From the NCBI GenBank assembly GCA_030390025.1, contig CM059432.1:85190001-85254000 (forward strand): a stretch of DNA of 64,000 nucleotides. The letters run 5' to 3'. Below the pieces are notes generated by a model, which was given only the letters and a program-made list of their open reading frames with translations, was not told the DNA's origin and ran no database searches. This DNA is from Squalus acanthias. Lineage: Eukaryota. This document shows positions 50,370 through 63,832 of this stretch, one piece after another. Each line of letters opens with the position of its first letter. The first letter of the stretch is position 1. Made by a program: the position numbers and the translations under genes.

Positions 50370-53000
50370 ATTCTATTTGCCTTGAGTCACTGTCTTCTGT
50401 ATATATTTAATTCTAAATTGTTTGTATGCATTCCCAATTCTAAGCTTGCGCACTTGTCTCCTGGTTCTAGAGTTTGTGGCAATGTCGAACAGATTGAATT
50501 TCTGAATCTTGAATCCATGAATAATATTTCTCCCGAGCCTGGTTTTCTCCACATTAAATAATCCCGGTTCTTCAACCTCTAATTGTAGCTCAAATGTTTT
50601 AAGCTATTTATCATTTTGGTTGCCCTTTTGCTGCACTGCCTTCAGCTCCTGGATATCCTTGCTGCAGTATGGCGAGCAAAGTATACACAATACTCTAGGT
50701 GTGGCAGTACCAGTGTTTTATACAGACTCGTTATCACCTCCTGGGATTCATGCTTTATCTCTGTAGCTGTACATCCCAAGATTCAATTAGCTTTCCAGAA
50801 TGTTGCCATACACTGCACTGTTGATTTCAGTGAGCTATCCAGCAGTACTCTCAGAGCTCTCTTCAGTTTTGTTTCTCATATCCTAGAGCCATTTAGTTTA
50901 TATTCCCAATGTTTATTTCCCTTATCTGGTCTCATTACCTTGCATTTGTGATCATTAAATGCCATTTGTCACTCATCAGCCCATCTTCCTATCCTATTCA
51001 GATCCCTTTGTATTTGGTTTGCTTGATCCCTATTATCAGATTCCCTTCCCACAATTTGGTATCTTCTGCAAACTTAACTTTGTTCTGTCCCCAGCTCCAA
51101 ATCATTTATATAAACTGTAAATAGAAAAGGGGCTAGTGACCCCACGTCATGTCGATACAGCTCTACTCATATAACCACCCTTTGCTTTCTTTGGTTTAGT
51201 CAATTTTCAATCCACCTCAGGAGCTTGCCTGCTATTCCATCTCTTTCTACCGTGCAGATTAACCAGTATCTAAATATATCACATCACAGAACTTCTATTG
51301 TCAACAAAATCTATAATTTCCTCGAAAAACTCCAGTAATTTTTTCCCGCAAGATGTTCCTTCCATAAATCCATGCTGACTCCTCATACCACGCCATACCT
51401 ATCTAGGAGTTTCATTATCCCATCTTTCAGGATGCGATCCAATACATTATCCACAATAAACATTGTAGTTTGCTGGGTTGTTCATATGCCCTTTTTTTAA
51501 AAAAAGTATTATGTTAGCAATTTCCCAATCCTTGGGCACTACTGCATTTCTAATGATTCCCTAAAGAAAATGACAAGGATGTGACTGATTTTGCTTGCCA
51601 CTTTTTAAAGTACACCTGTATGAAGTTCTTCTGCATCTGGGTCATTGTCTTCCCTTAATTTCCTAAGCGAGCAGTGACCACCACCTCATCTGAAATTTCT
51701 ATTTGTTTACATGCTTCCTTCACACCTAGAAATTCCTTCTGGAAATTCAGCTTCTATGCTGGAGAGACTGCCCAGGAATTTACAAAAGGAAAATTAATTG
51801 AACATATTTGCTACTCCCTTGCTCAGTTTATATCAGGTCACCATTGGGATCTTCAGTGACCCGCTGTTCCCTTTTTACCTGCTTACTTCAAATATATTTA
51901 TAGAAATGATTGCTACTTTTACATTTTTTTTCCTGCTATCCTAATCTCATTTTCTATTGTAGATTTTCTGGCCAGTTTCTTAACCTCCATTACCTTTTTA
52001 TTTTCACCTCAGTGTAAATTGCGACCTGTAAACTAATACGTTAGGAGCAATCTCTATTTTGTCCTTAACTGCAGCATTTTTTGCATTACTGCCCACGTCA
52101 ATCTTTTCCCTTTGTTATCCTTTTTTCCCTCTGTTATGTGCTCTATGTATAGTAATTCTAAACATGATCCACTTTCTTTGATGCTTTTCTCCTTTAATCG
52201 TGCTGCCCAGTCCAGTTTTCTCAGCTCATCCATCCCCTCAAAATCTGCCTTTCTAAAGCTGAATATTTGTACTGTACTCGCTGTGGGTGATTTTCTCCAA
52301 CAATTCTCCTAGTTGTCCGCCGTAACTTGGTCCGAAGAGCTGTGGAAACCCCATTCTGTTTTCCATTATGAGCCCGATCTTAAACTTCATCATATTGTGG
52401 TCACTGTTGTCTAGGTACTCTCCTGCTGTACCATTCCTGGGTGTTACTTAATATCAGGTACAATATCACCTGATGACGTGGGTTCTTTGACCAACTGTTC
52501 CAAATAACAATGGCACATTATGTCTAAGATCATGTTTTAAGCCCTATTGCAGCTTTATAGATTTCCCAATCTAATGCAGGAATATTGAAGTCACCAATAA
52601 CACTTGCATATGTTTCTGCACACATTTCTCTTTTGATTATGTAGTTCTTGCTCCAGTTCCTTCTCCAGGCCTGGTGGTCTATATTTTCCCAAAGTTAATT
52701 TATTTTCCCTCATGCCTATCATCCCTATCCACAGGGTTTCTGCCTTATCCAGACCCAGAACATGTATGTCCATCTCTGTTATAATCAAACACTCTTTCAC
52801 AAACCCTTCCCAGTTTGTCTTTTCCATCTCTATGAAGTAATTTGTATCCTTATATGCTTACCCTCCTGTTTATTGATGAACCAGGTCTCTGTAATGCCAT
52901 TATATCATAGCCTCCCTCCCCAATAAGGATGTCCATGACTTGATCTTTCTTTCCTTGCCAATTAGAGCTCCATCTCCAACCTCCCTTTCCTCTCTAAGCA
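50370..53000 (-). mobile_element. Old decayed CR1 LINE ORF2
   Basis: Traces of PHLEYCV, KFAEDTKL, QHGFMEG, SDHNM, YRPP and ITETW on the minus strand, with many stops. Confidence 0.75.
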
Positions 53001-53069
53001 CCTTGAATCCTTGTATGTGTCATTGGCTAACAGCTTTGTGCTCATCTTTCCAATAATTCCCTGTTTGAG

Positions 53070-53836
53070 TCATAAGAACATAAAAATTAGGAGCAGCAGT
53101 AGGCCATATGGCCCCTCATGCCTGCGCTGCCATTCAATAAGATCATGGCTGATCGTCAACCTCAAATCCACTTTCCCGCCCGATCGCCATATCCCTTGAT
53201 TCCGCTAGAGTCCAAAAATCTATCTATCTCAGCCGTGAATATACTCAACGATTCAGCATCCACAGCCATTTGGGGTAGAGAATTCCATAGATTCACAACC
53301 CTCTGAGTAAAAAAATTCTGCCTCATCTCAGTCTTAAATGGCCGACCCCTTATCCTGAGACTATACCCCCTAGTCCTAGACTCTCCAGCCAGGGGAAACG
53401 ACCTCTCAGCATCTACCCTGTCAATCCCCCTCAGAATCTTATATGTTTCAATGAGATCATCTCTCATTCTTCTAAACTCCAGAGAGTATAGGCCCAATCT
53501 ACTCAATCTCTCGTCATAGGACAACCCTCTCATCCCAGGAATCAATCTAGTGAACCTTTGTTGTACCACCTCTAAAGCAAGTATATCCTTCCTCAGATAA
53601 GGAGACCAGAACTGTGCACAGTACTCCAGGTGTGGTCTCACCAAAGCCCTGTACAATTGTAGCAAGACTTCCTTACTCTTGTACTCCAACCCACTTGCAA
53701 TAAAGGCCCACATGCCATTTGCCTTCCTAATTGCTTGCTGTACCTGCACGATAACATTCTGTGTTTCCTGTACGAGGACTCCTAAATCTCTCTGAACACC
53801 AACATTTAATAGTTTCTCACTATTTAAAAAATATTC
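53070..53836 (-). mobile_element. 5'-truncated CR1 3' end
   Basis: ORF 53162-53854 (RDLGVLV...RPHLEYC...LWNSLP) plus 3' UTR. Confidence 0.9.
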
Positions 53837-53969
53837 CTCAAGTCTTTTAGTCACTCACAATTCAAGTTGCACAATCAACACAATCCAGTTAACTTAATTA
53901 ACTTTGTAGTTAAATTATTTCATTTTAAAACAGCCCAATCAGCACAATTCTCGTTATCCTCAGTTACAC

Positions 53970-54938
53970 AGCAACAACAACAACAACACCTTGTATTTAT
54001 ATAGTGGCTTTAACGTAGTAAAACGTCCCAAGGCACTTCACAGGAGTGTTATAAGTCAAAAAATTGACACTGAGCCACATAAGAAATTAGGGCAGATGAC
54101 CAAAAGCTTGGTCAAAGAGGTAGGTTTTAAGGAGCGTCTTAAAGGAGGAAAGAGAGGTAGAGAGGAGGAGAGGTTTAGGGAGGGAGTTCCAGAGCTTGGG
54201 GCCTAGGCAGCTGAAGGCACGGCCATCGATGGTTGAGCGATTATAATCAGGGATGCTCAAGAGGTCAGAATTTGAGGAGCACAGATATATCGGGGGGTTG
54301 TGGGGCTGAAGGAGATTACAGAGATAGGGAGGGGAGAGGTCATGGAGGGATTTGAAAACAAGGATGAGAATTTTGAAATCAAGGTGTTGCTTAACTGGGA
54401 GCCAATGTAGGTCAGCAAGCATAGGGGTGATGGGTGAACGTGACCTGGTGCGAGTTAGGACATGGGCAGCTGAGTTTTGGATGACCTCAAGTTTACGCAG
54501 GGTAGAATGTGGAAGGCCAGCCAGGAGTGCATTGGAATAGTCAAGTCTAGAGGTAACAAAGGCATGGATGAGGGTATCAGCAGCAGATGAGCTGAGGCAG
54601 GAGCAGAGACGGGCAATGTTACGGAGGTGAAAATAGGCGGTCTTAGTTATGCCACGGATATGTGGTCGGAAGCTCATTTCAGGGTCAAATATGACACCAA
54701 GGTTGCGAACAGTCTGATTCAGCCTCAGACAGATGCTAGGGAGAGGGATGGAGTCGGTGGCTAGGGAACCGATTTTGTGGCGGGGCCCGAAGACAATGGC
54801 TTCGGTCTTCCCAATATTTAATTGGAGAAAATTTCTGCTCATCCAGAACTGGATGTCAGACAAGCAGTGTATCAATTTAGAGACTGTGGAGGGGTCGAGA
54901 GAAGTGGTGCTGAGGTAGAGCTGGGTGTCGTCAGCATA
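53970..54938 (-). mobile_element. L2 LINE 3' portion (RT C-terminus)
   Basis: YADDTQLYLS, FLQLNIGKTE, SRLDYSNALLAGLP and LHWLPV; (GTT)n tail. Confidence 0.9.
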
Positions 54939-55102
54939 CTTCTTCTTCTTCTTAGGCAGTCCCTCGGGACCGAGGATGACTTGCTTCCACATTAAAAATG
55001 AGTTCTCAGGTGACTGATGAGTCCAATGCGGGACCTACAGTCTCTGTCACAGGTGGGGCAGACGGTGGTTGAAGGAGCAGGTGGGTGGGGTGCTTGGGTT
55101 GA
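54939..55102 (-). mobile_element. RTE-clade LINE 3' end
   Basis: Minus strand encodes CPTCDRDCRSRIGLISHLRTH (terminal C2H2-like motif), then a short UTR and (AAG)n tail. Confidence 0.7.
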
Positions 55103-55725
55103 CATGTGGAAAGTGACACCAGCTCACTCTTCAAGCCAATCTTGTTTTGTTACCTTTTCTCAGTAAAAACTTACTCTATCAGAATGTCTCACTCAGTTGG
55201 CTCTTGCAGTGTTGTGTTATTAATAACCAAAAACATGTTTATGTATCACAACTTAAAAAAGAAATCTCAGTGTTCTTTCCCTACCCCCTCTACTTATGGT
55301 ACTGACCCTTGTTGGAGTACCGTTCCATTGGAAGAGGCAGCCCTCCATTACTGCTCAAGTGACCATTCTTTGTATGTGAGCCTAAACTATGGGCAAATTT
55401 TTCAACTTTGGTGGGGTCGTAGCAGATCGACTGCCCATTAAACACCCTGCCAATTTTCCTTTCTTTTGTGTTTTACTCCCCTGCCGAAGTTGAAAGTTTT
55501 GTTCAATGAATATTGACAACCTGTTTGACTGTAGAGGGCATCACAGCTAAAACTAGATCCTGATTGCACCCAATATCTTGGGAAGACCTGCAGTGGTTGC
55601 AACTTAGGTAATTCTTAACTCTAAAGGAAGTATTACTTCAGCATATAAACATGTACTACGTTACTTTGGTTACGTCACTTTTTGACGCAACAATGATGTC
55701 ATCTAAATCCAAAGCTCTACACCAT

Positions 55726-56617
55726 GGAGGAAAAATTCAGTTGGTTGCGCCTCCCGTTAGCGCCTTAAGAGGGCGCTAATGGGGCGCAAAGCATCTAGCG
55801 CCCAGGTGCGGCGATGTTGCGCCGCTCGCGAAATTAACTAGACATTTTGCGGCGGCGCTAAACACTACCGCCACGATCTCCTGCGCCGGCAGATCGTGAC
55901 GTCAGTCGAGTGCGCAACGCCCCGGTATCGCCCCGGAGCGGATATTGAGTGGCGCCCCCTGCCTTACCGCCTGACGCTAGCAACGACAGGTTGAGGGGAG
56001 CGTTTTGCAGTCATGAAGGGACTGGGGGAGCGCTATTTAAAGGCGACCGCTTCCTGCCTTTTATTGTTGGTGCCATTTTTGAACCACACATTCTGAGAGA
56101 GAGAGCGAGAGACTTCTGGAGAGATTCAACGCTGTGTGAAGGAGCTTTTGGTACTGAGCAGCACTTTGCAGGTTCATTTTGATTTGCCATTCCTTGTATC
56201 GATTTAGAAGAGATTGTGGGAGCTGCACTCTGAGCTCTTTGCCTGGTACTCTCCATTGTTCTTTCCAGCAGATTTGATGTGCAGGTCTCTCCAGGCCGAG
56301 ATTCAAAGCTGCAATGAGCAGGATGTGGATGGAAAGCAAGATCAACCATCCCCTTTAAGAACTGGCCCGTGCCATTGTGTGTGTGTTCCATTGCTGACTG
56401 ACATCACATGAGCTTCGCCAGCACTCTGAGGTAGCGCCTCGCTCCTCGGCCTTTGCACCTTAAGACAGGTGTGAAGCGCCTGATTTAGCGCTCCAATCAG
56501 CTCCAGAGGCGATAAAAGTCAAGTTTGCAGTCGGTGGCGATAATTAGCGCCAGGCGCTAATCTTTGCGCCCGGCCGATAATTGAGCCCCAAAAAGGGCGA
56601 TACTGAATTTCTCCCTC
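55726..56617. mobile_element. Non-autonomous Harbinger, inverted copy of 35018-35910
   Basis: TIRs present with 3-bp TSD CAT (55723-55725, 56618-56620). Confidence 0.9.
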
Positions 56618-57096
56618 CATGCAAAAACAAAAGATTACTGTACCATTTACATACTTATATTTGAAAATGTGAATACATTTCACTCTTGGCTTAGAGCCAC
56701 CTGACTAGTTATTATCTCAGTAACATTGCATTGTTGTGGGTTAACTATATTAGGGAGATAGCTATATCTGTTATTAGACCAGCTAGAACTCATGTATGGC
56801 AACAGTTAAAAATAGTTCTCCTAATTGCCTAAAAGCCAATTTGCAAAGGAGTATAGCCATAAGTTGATGATGTCTGAGAACAGTAAGTGCTCTGAATCCT
56901 CTGGTCTTCTGTTCATAGCTTCAAAACAAATACATTGTGCAGTCTGATCAAAATGTTTGCTGTATTACAAATCTAAAGTAGGTGCACTTTGTGAAGTGAT
57001 GTCAGCTTTGAGTGCTGGGTACTGAAAATATATATATATATATTCAGACAACATCCATGGTCAGCATACATATTGAGTTTTCAGTTAAATATATTA

Positions 57097-57510
57097 GGGT
57101 TGAATTTCCGCAGGGGTTCTCCCACCGTTGCTTCGGCGGAAGATCAGTGAATAAGTTTTAATGATCGTTTACGTAATTTCTCCAGGGTTTCTGTCGATCT
57201 TCCATTGAAGTTATGGTGGAAGATCAGGAAAACCCCTGAGGAAATTCTGCACCATTGCTTCTGCATCAGCAAGAAATCAAATATTCTTGATTACTTCAAG
57301 CTGAAAAATTTATCAGAAACATTTTGATTCTTTGGCCTAGAAATTCGAATCTGGCAGTGGCACAAAACGGGCAGCATCGGATGGCCGCCCGTTACACTCA
57401 GCGCCTAATATTAAGTTGCATTGACTGCAATGGAACTGAATATCAGGTGCTGTGTATAACGAGAGGCCGAACCGATACCGCCCGTTTTGCTCTTGATTTT
57501 TAGAGGTCCT
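57097..57510. mobile_element. Two short palindromic MITEs (~57097-57253 and ~57333-57510)
   Basis: GAATTTCCGCAGGGGTT / AACCCCTGAGGAAATTC, and AAAACGGGC...GCCCGTTTT with extended internal complementarity. Confidence 0.6.
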
Positions 57511-57791
57511 TGTATAATGTCATAGATGCAAAATCTTGCACTAGACAGGCATATTTTCAAACACTGTGAGCTCTGTGATGATAGATAGCAGCTTGGAACC
57601 ATCGACTGTCAGAGCAAGTACAGTTTTTTCTTCTGAGTGGTACCTATTCACATTAAGTGATGTCACACAAACAGATATCATTACATTTTTCCAAATTTCA
57701 AGTCTGCCTTAGATACTCTCTCTTGTACAGTAGTGTTGGTCACTTTTATAAGTGGTATGAGCATCTTATGTTCAGGAATGTACCTGTACTG

Positions 57792-57962
57792 CAATGTTCC
57801 AGCTAAGGTGTGCGTGTGGCCGCGCAGTAATCTGAAAAGTCCCACGCAGGCCGTTCACCGGCTTTTACATTGTAAATACCACGCATGCGCAGAAATTTAA
57901 AGGGACTGTGCATTAAAAGGAACAGGCCGTGCAGAACAAAGCGCAGTTTACAGGGAACATTG
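57792..57962. mobile_element. hAT-like MITE
   Basis: TIR CAATGTTCC / GGAACATTG; imperfect 8-bp TSD CTGTACTG / CTGTATTT. Confidence 0.6.
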
Positions 57963-59769
57963 CTGTATTTTGCCCAATATCTAACTATACAGTAATATGA
58001 CTCAAGGGTGGAATAATAGAACCCCCCTTTGTGATGTCAAGTCTTTCACACATGCCCTCATGTGTGCTTTTATAATCTTTCCAAAGGTGGACTGAGAAAG
58101 ATTTAGTAAAACGAGGCCAGGAATGAATTGTTAGCTGTTTATTTTACAGTCAGCAAGTGAATGTACAAAGTAACAGTCAAAACTAATGCCAGTTACTTCA
58201 CTCAATCTCTCTTTTCTCCTAGACAAGTAGAGAAAAAAACTATGTGCTCTTTTGTGGGCTAACTTACTAGCTTCCAGCTCTTGCCAAGACTGACCTTCAT
58301 AATTCTTTGTTCAAAACCTCGCTGCCCACGAACATGGATTTTCCCTTTTTGTTAATTCTGACCCCAGGAAGTAGGGGAGGTTGGTGTCTCACTAGGCCTG
58401 TCAAATAAACCGACTACTCCCTCTCCCAACAAGAGTATATTCTTAGCAGGCACTTCATGCCATGACCACATGAATAGAATCGTCCTCACCAGAATGGAAG
58501 TAAATATTTGTAGATCATCTGTCATTATGGAGACCAATTAATGGCTAGTTCATTAATACCTCAAGCACCCCACTGTCACAGTGCTGTAGCCCAGTGATGT
58601 CCAATATAAATTGTTGACTAGGCGCAGGTGTGACTACAGCGGCATAAGTTTAGCCAAATGCACTAATTTTAGTAGAAAACATACACTCACACAATGCAGG
58701 TAAGTATATTTTACGTGTGTATATTTACTAAACAAACACGTAGCACCCGTCAGTAAGCAAGGAAGTAAAACACTCCTAACGATCAAAAACCATTCGCATA
58801 ATCTTCATTTTCATTTTGTTATTTTACCAACAAACGCACAAAAACATTAAAATGCACATGCATATGTCATGAGAATATGAGTATTGAGATCACATGCGCA
58901 ATGATGGTGTCTATTACAATTTTTTATTTACTAATTAGCAATGCAATTAGCCACATCTGGATTCCCAATTAGTTACATGTAGCGAGTGGCTAATGTATTG
59001 GACAGCACTGCAATAACTGGTGACTTTTTTAACCTTGTGAATACACATTTTTTTTTGAACACAACATATAGATATAAATTGTTCCTAAGTCTATTCTGTA
59101 AAAAAACGTTCTAAACATGCTAAAGCATGACGGTTATGTACTTTGCACTAATCTGAAACCATTTGAAATAATGATTTGGTTTATGAGGAAATTGACTTTG
59201 TAAGTACTGGTATGAAGCTTGCAGATTTTGATTTATTGGATTATCATAGCAACAACACAGAAAAAGTATGAATTATGGGATCTTTGCTGTATACATAATT
59301 TATAAAAAGCTTTCATTTATAAATGTTATTGTTAGCATAGTATGTCTTGATTTATTTATTAATGTTTATCTCTTTATTAAATAAGATTATAACATGTTTA
59401 TGTTGGTCAGTACATCTTGTTGAGTTGAGTCACAGCGCTTGGACTTATTTTAAATGAACATCTTTTATGCTATGGCCCCAAAATTCCACAGGAGTTCTAC
59501 AAGGTTTCCTGTCATAACTTTGGCAACAACTTTGGCGTGGGTCCTAGACAGCTGAAGGCACGTCTGCCAATGTTAGGATGAAAGAGGGGGGGGGGAGCGG
59601 AAGCACAAAAGGTGAAAGTTAGATGAACGGAGTGTTCTGGGAGGGTTATAAGGCTGGAGGATGTTACAGAGATAGGGGAGGGTGAGGCCATGAAGGGATT
59701 TAAACACCTTGATGAGAATTTTAAGTTTGAGCAGTTGGGTGACTGGGTGCCAATATATGTTAGTAAGGA

Positions 59770-59987
59770 TACGATAGCAAAATACTGCGGATGCTGGAAA
59801 TCTGAAACAACAACAGAAAACGCTGGAAAAACTCAGCAGGCCAGGCAGCATCCGTGGAGAGAGAAAGAGAGTTAACGTTTCAGGTCGATGACCTTTCGTC
59901 AGAACTGTGAAGAGCCGGAAATCAAATAGATTTAAGGCCAGAGTAAAGCTGGGAAAAGGGGGAGGGGATAAAAGAACAAAGGGGGAG
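59770..59987 (-). mobile_element. Penelope-type terminal insert
   Basis: 13-bp TSD ATGTTAGTAAGGA (59757-59769, 59988-60000); contains a hammerhead motif. Confidence 0.75.
59870..59906 (-). ncRNA. Minimal type I hammerhead ribozyme
   Basis: AGUU-CUGACGA-A-AGGUC-auc-GACCU-GAAA-CG-UU-AACU: stem I AGUU/AACU, stem II AGGUC/GACCU, palindromic stem III AACGUU. Confidence 0.75.
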
Positions 59988-60399
59988 ATGTTAGTAAGGA
60001 CACGGGTGATGGGTGAGCAGGACTTGGTGACGGATAGGATACAGGCAGCAGAGTTTTGGTTGAGCAGAAGTTTATGGAGGGTGGAGAATGAGAGGCCAGC
60101 CAGGAGAGCATTAGAATAGTCGAGTCTAGAAGTAACAGGGGCCTGGATGAGAGTTTCAGCGGCAGATGGGCTGAGTCAGGTGCAGAGGTAGGTGATGTTA
60201 TGGAGGTGGAAGTAGGCTGTCTTTGTGACGGAGAGCATATGGGGTTGAAAGCTCACCTCAGGGTCAAATGGGACACTGCAATTGCAAACATTCTGGTTCA
60301 GACAATAACCAGGGAGGAGGATGGAATCAGTGGTCACGTTACCGAGTTTGGCTACAGTTGAATAGGTAACATTGGCAGGAGACTGGCAGAACCTTCAAG

Positions 60400-63300
60400 G
60401 AATCTCCGAGAGTGGTCTGCACAGAATGGTCTTAAACGCAGTGCTTCTAAACAGAGTGTTAAAAATTGGGACTTTGGAGAGAGTGGGAATTCGGAGCAGA
60501 GGGGGAAGGAGGTGCTGGTTTTTGCCTCCAATACTTGTAGTGCTTTGTGTTACAGGTAAATATTTAATTTCATCTACCTATAACTTAAACTAGAGCTAGT
60601 AATTAGTTAAAAACGAAACACTAAACTAAGTTAATTAAATACATAAACTGTAATTAATTAAATAACTAAAACAAGGTTATGTAGGGATGGCAGTGCAGGT
60701 GGTGTGCTGCAACTGTAGCATGTGGGAGTTTGTAGAGAGCATCGCGATCCCGGACGACCATGTCTGCAGTAAGTGTGCATTTCGAAGAACTTCAGCTCAG
60801 AGTTTTTGAGGTGCAGACATCGCGGGGCATCAGGGAGGGGGAGACTTATCTTGACACTTTGATCTAGGAGGCAGTCACACCCCTTAGGTTAGGTAGTGGT
60901 ACATGTTTGGTTAGTGGTCAGGGACGGGAGGGTGTGACTGCAACTCAGGCAGGTAAGGGGACCCCAAGTGTAGTACTGGAGGAGGCTCAGCCTTTGCCCT
61001 CATCCAACAGGTATGAGGTTCTTGCTGCCTGTGTAGATGAGGGCAAAGTCTGCAGGGTGGATGAGCAAACTGACCAAGGCACCATGGTACAGGAGGCCAT
61101 TCGAGTGGGGGGAGTATTAATCAACAGTAATTGTAACAAAAGTAATATAATAATCGTGGGGGACTTTAATCTTCATATACACTGGGTAAATCTAATTGAC
61201 AAAGGTAGTCTGGAGGATGCATTCATGGAATGCATTCGAGACAGTTTCCTAGAACAATAAGTCATGGAACCAACCAGGGAACAGGCTATTTTAGATCTAG
61301 TATTGTGTAATGAGACAGGGTTAATAAGTAATCTCATAGTAAAGCATCCTCTGGGGAAGAGTGATCATAATATAATAGAATTTCACATTGAGTTTGAGAG
61401 TGGAATACTTAAATCCGAAACGAGAGTCTTAAACTTAAATAAAGCTAATTACATAGGTATGAGGAGCGAGTTGGCTAAGGTAGATTGGCAAATTAGATTA
61501 AAAGGTATGAAGGTAGATAAGCAGTGGCAAACATTTAAAGAAATATTACATTATTCTCAACGAACATACATTCTATTGAGAAATAAAAACTCCATGGGAA
61601 AAGTGATCCATCCATGGCTAACTAAAGTAGTTAAGGATAGTATTAGATTAAAATAATAGGCTTATAATGTTGTGAAGAATAGTAGTAAGCCTGAGGATTT
61701 GGAGAGCTTTAGAAACTAGCAAAGGATGACCAAAAAATTGATACAAAGGGAGAAAATAGAAGATGAGAGTAAACTACCAAGAAATATAAAAACAGATTGT
61801 AAGAGCTTCTACACGTATGTAAAAAGGAAGCGAGTAGCAAAAGTAAGCGTTGGTCCCTTAGAGGCTGAGACATGAGAAATTATATTGGAGAATAAGGAAA
61901 TGGCAGAGAATTTAACAAATATTTTGTAACTGTCTTCACAGTAGAAGACACAAAAAGTATACCAAAAATAGTGGGGAACCAAGGGTGATAAGAGTGAGGA
62001 ACTTAAAGTAATTAATATCAGTAGAGAAAACGTACTTGAGAAACTAATGGGACGAAAAGCCGACAAATCCCCTAGACCTTATGCCTGCATCCAAGGGTTC
62101 TAAAAGAGGTGACTGAAGAGATAGTGGATGCATTGGTTGTAATCTTTCAAAATTCTCTAGATTCTTGAACGGTCCCAACGAATTGGAAGGTAGCAAATGT
62201 AACCCCGCTATTCAAGAAAGGAGGGAGAGAGAAAACAGAGAACTGCAGGCCAGTTCGCCTGACATCAGTTGTCGGAAAAATGCTGGACCCATTGGCCCAG
62301 AAATTGGAGTTCGATGGTTGCCGCGGGGGTAAGGATCCCCCGCGATATTGCACTCCGCGCCTACCTTTATGGTTTTGGCCCACACGAACTTCAGTTCCTG
62401 GGCCTCTCTCTGGTGCCGGCGCGCAGTGTGTGCGTGTCCCAGAGGCGCAGTTAATTCGATGCGACCTCTGGGGTCACGTGGGCCAGTTAGAGCCAATGGC
62501 AGCACACCATCTTTCATTCATAGTTTTGACAGCAAGAGCTGTCAAAACTATGAATACAACAAGCCCCCAAAAGAACAGCTAAACCTCAATTAAATTTTAA
62601 AAAAAAGCCATCACATTAATAAAATAACTATAGTTAAATAAATTAACCACTTTAAACAAAAATTTAAATTTTTGAAAAAATTTAAATTCTTTTTAAAAGT
62701 TATAAAAATAAACTTACCTTTCTTTAAAGTCTCTAAAAAAGATAAACCTGTTGAAATTTTTTTTAAATAATACTTAATTAACTACTTACCTTGTTAAAAG
62801 GGGGTCTTACGCCTGCTTTCTTTCTGTGTAAAATCTTCAACACTTACCTGCGCGTTCAAACCTGAAAAACCTGTAGTGTGCACGCGGTTCACTTAGGAAC
62901 CGCCCCCTTCGCAATACCCGAAGTGCCGGTTTCCCGCGCATGCGCAGTGCATGCAGGAAACCGGCACTTCGGGACCTAATACGCGAGAGTACACAGTGCG
63001 TACTCTCCCACATTAGGTCTAATTTTCGGGCCATTATTAAGGAAGTGGTAACAGGGCACTTAGAAAATCATAATATGATTAGGCAGAGTCAGCATGGTTT
63101 TATGAAAGGGAAATTGTGTTTAACAAATTTATTAGAGGTTTTGAGGATGTAATTAGCAGGGTAGAAAAAGGGGCACCAGTGGATGTAGTATATTTGGATT
63201 TCCAAAAGGCATTCGATAAGCTGTCACTTTAATTGTTGCGACACAACATAAGAGTTCATGGGGTTGGGGGTAATATATTAGCATGTACAGAGGATTGGTT

Positions 63301-63540
63301 AATGGACAGAAAACAGAGAGTAGGGATAAACGGGTCATTTTCAGGTTGGCAGGCTGTAACTAGTGGCGTGCCGCAAGGATCAGTGCTTGGGCCTCAGCTA
63401 TTTACAATCTATATTAATGACTTTGATGAAGGGACTGAGTGCAATGTATCCAAGTTTGCTGATGATACAAAGCTAGGTGGGAAAGTAAGCTGTGAGGAGG
63501 ACACAAAGAGCTTGCAAAGGGTTATAGACAGGTTAAGTGA
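60400..63540 (+). mobile_element. Decayed CR1 (family of 13214-17600) with an internal deletion near 61115, in the KCNB2 intron
   Basis: ORF1 start MAVQVVCCNCSMWEF at 60688 later jumps from EAIRVGGV to the EN motif IIVGDFN; RT motifs continue to ~63540. Confidence 0.85.
62294..63032. mobile_element. Harbinger-type MITE, inverted relative of 10304-11069
   Basis: TIRs GGCCCAGAAATT / AATTTTCGGGCC with TSD ATT; the host CR1 rejoins. Confidence 0.85.
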
Positions 63541-63832
63541 AAGAAAGGATAGCCCGTATTTTCCGATCGCAGGCCTCCCACGGGCGGAGGCCTGCGATCT
63601 GGAAAAATCTACATCCTTACCTGAGGGCTCCTGGGACGTACACGCTTCCGCTCCTGGGCCTCTCCAAACTTGAAGTGTGTAGGGCCCACGTATCCCAGAG
63701 GCACAGGTAGTTCGCAGCATCCCTGGGATCACGTGGGCCATGGGGAGCCAATCACAGAAGGGAATCTCCCTTCATACACTTGACAGGAAGACCTGTCAAA
63801 TATATGAATGGAGATCACCCCAAAAAGAGTAA

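Larger units (their letters stand above)
59540..60335 (-). mobile_element. L2 LINE fragment interrupted by a Penelope-type insert
   Basis: Homologous to ~54200-54770. Confidence 0.75.

Noticed and set aside
55010..55040. CTGATGAGTCC...GGAC resembles a hammerhead core with stem II
   Set aside because: No GAAA follows; it is the antisense of RTE coding sequence (SRIGLISH).
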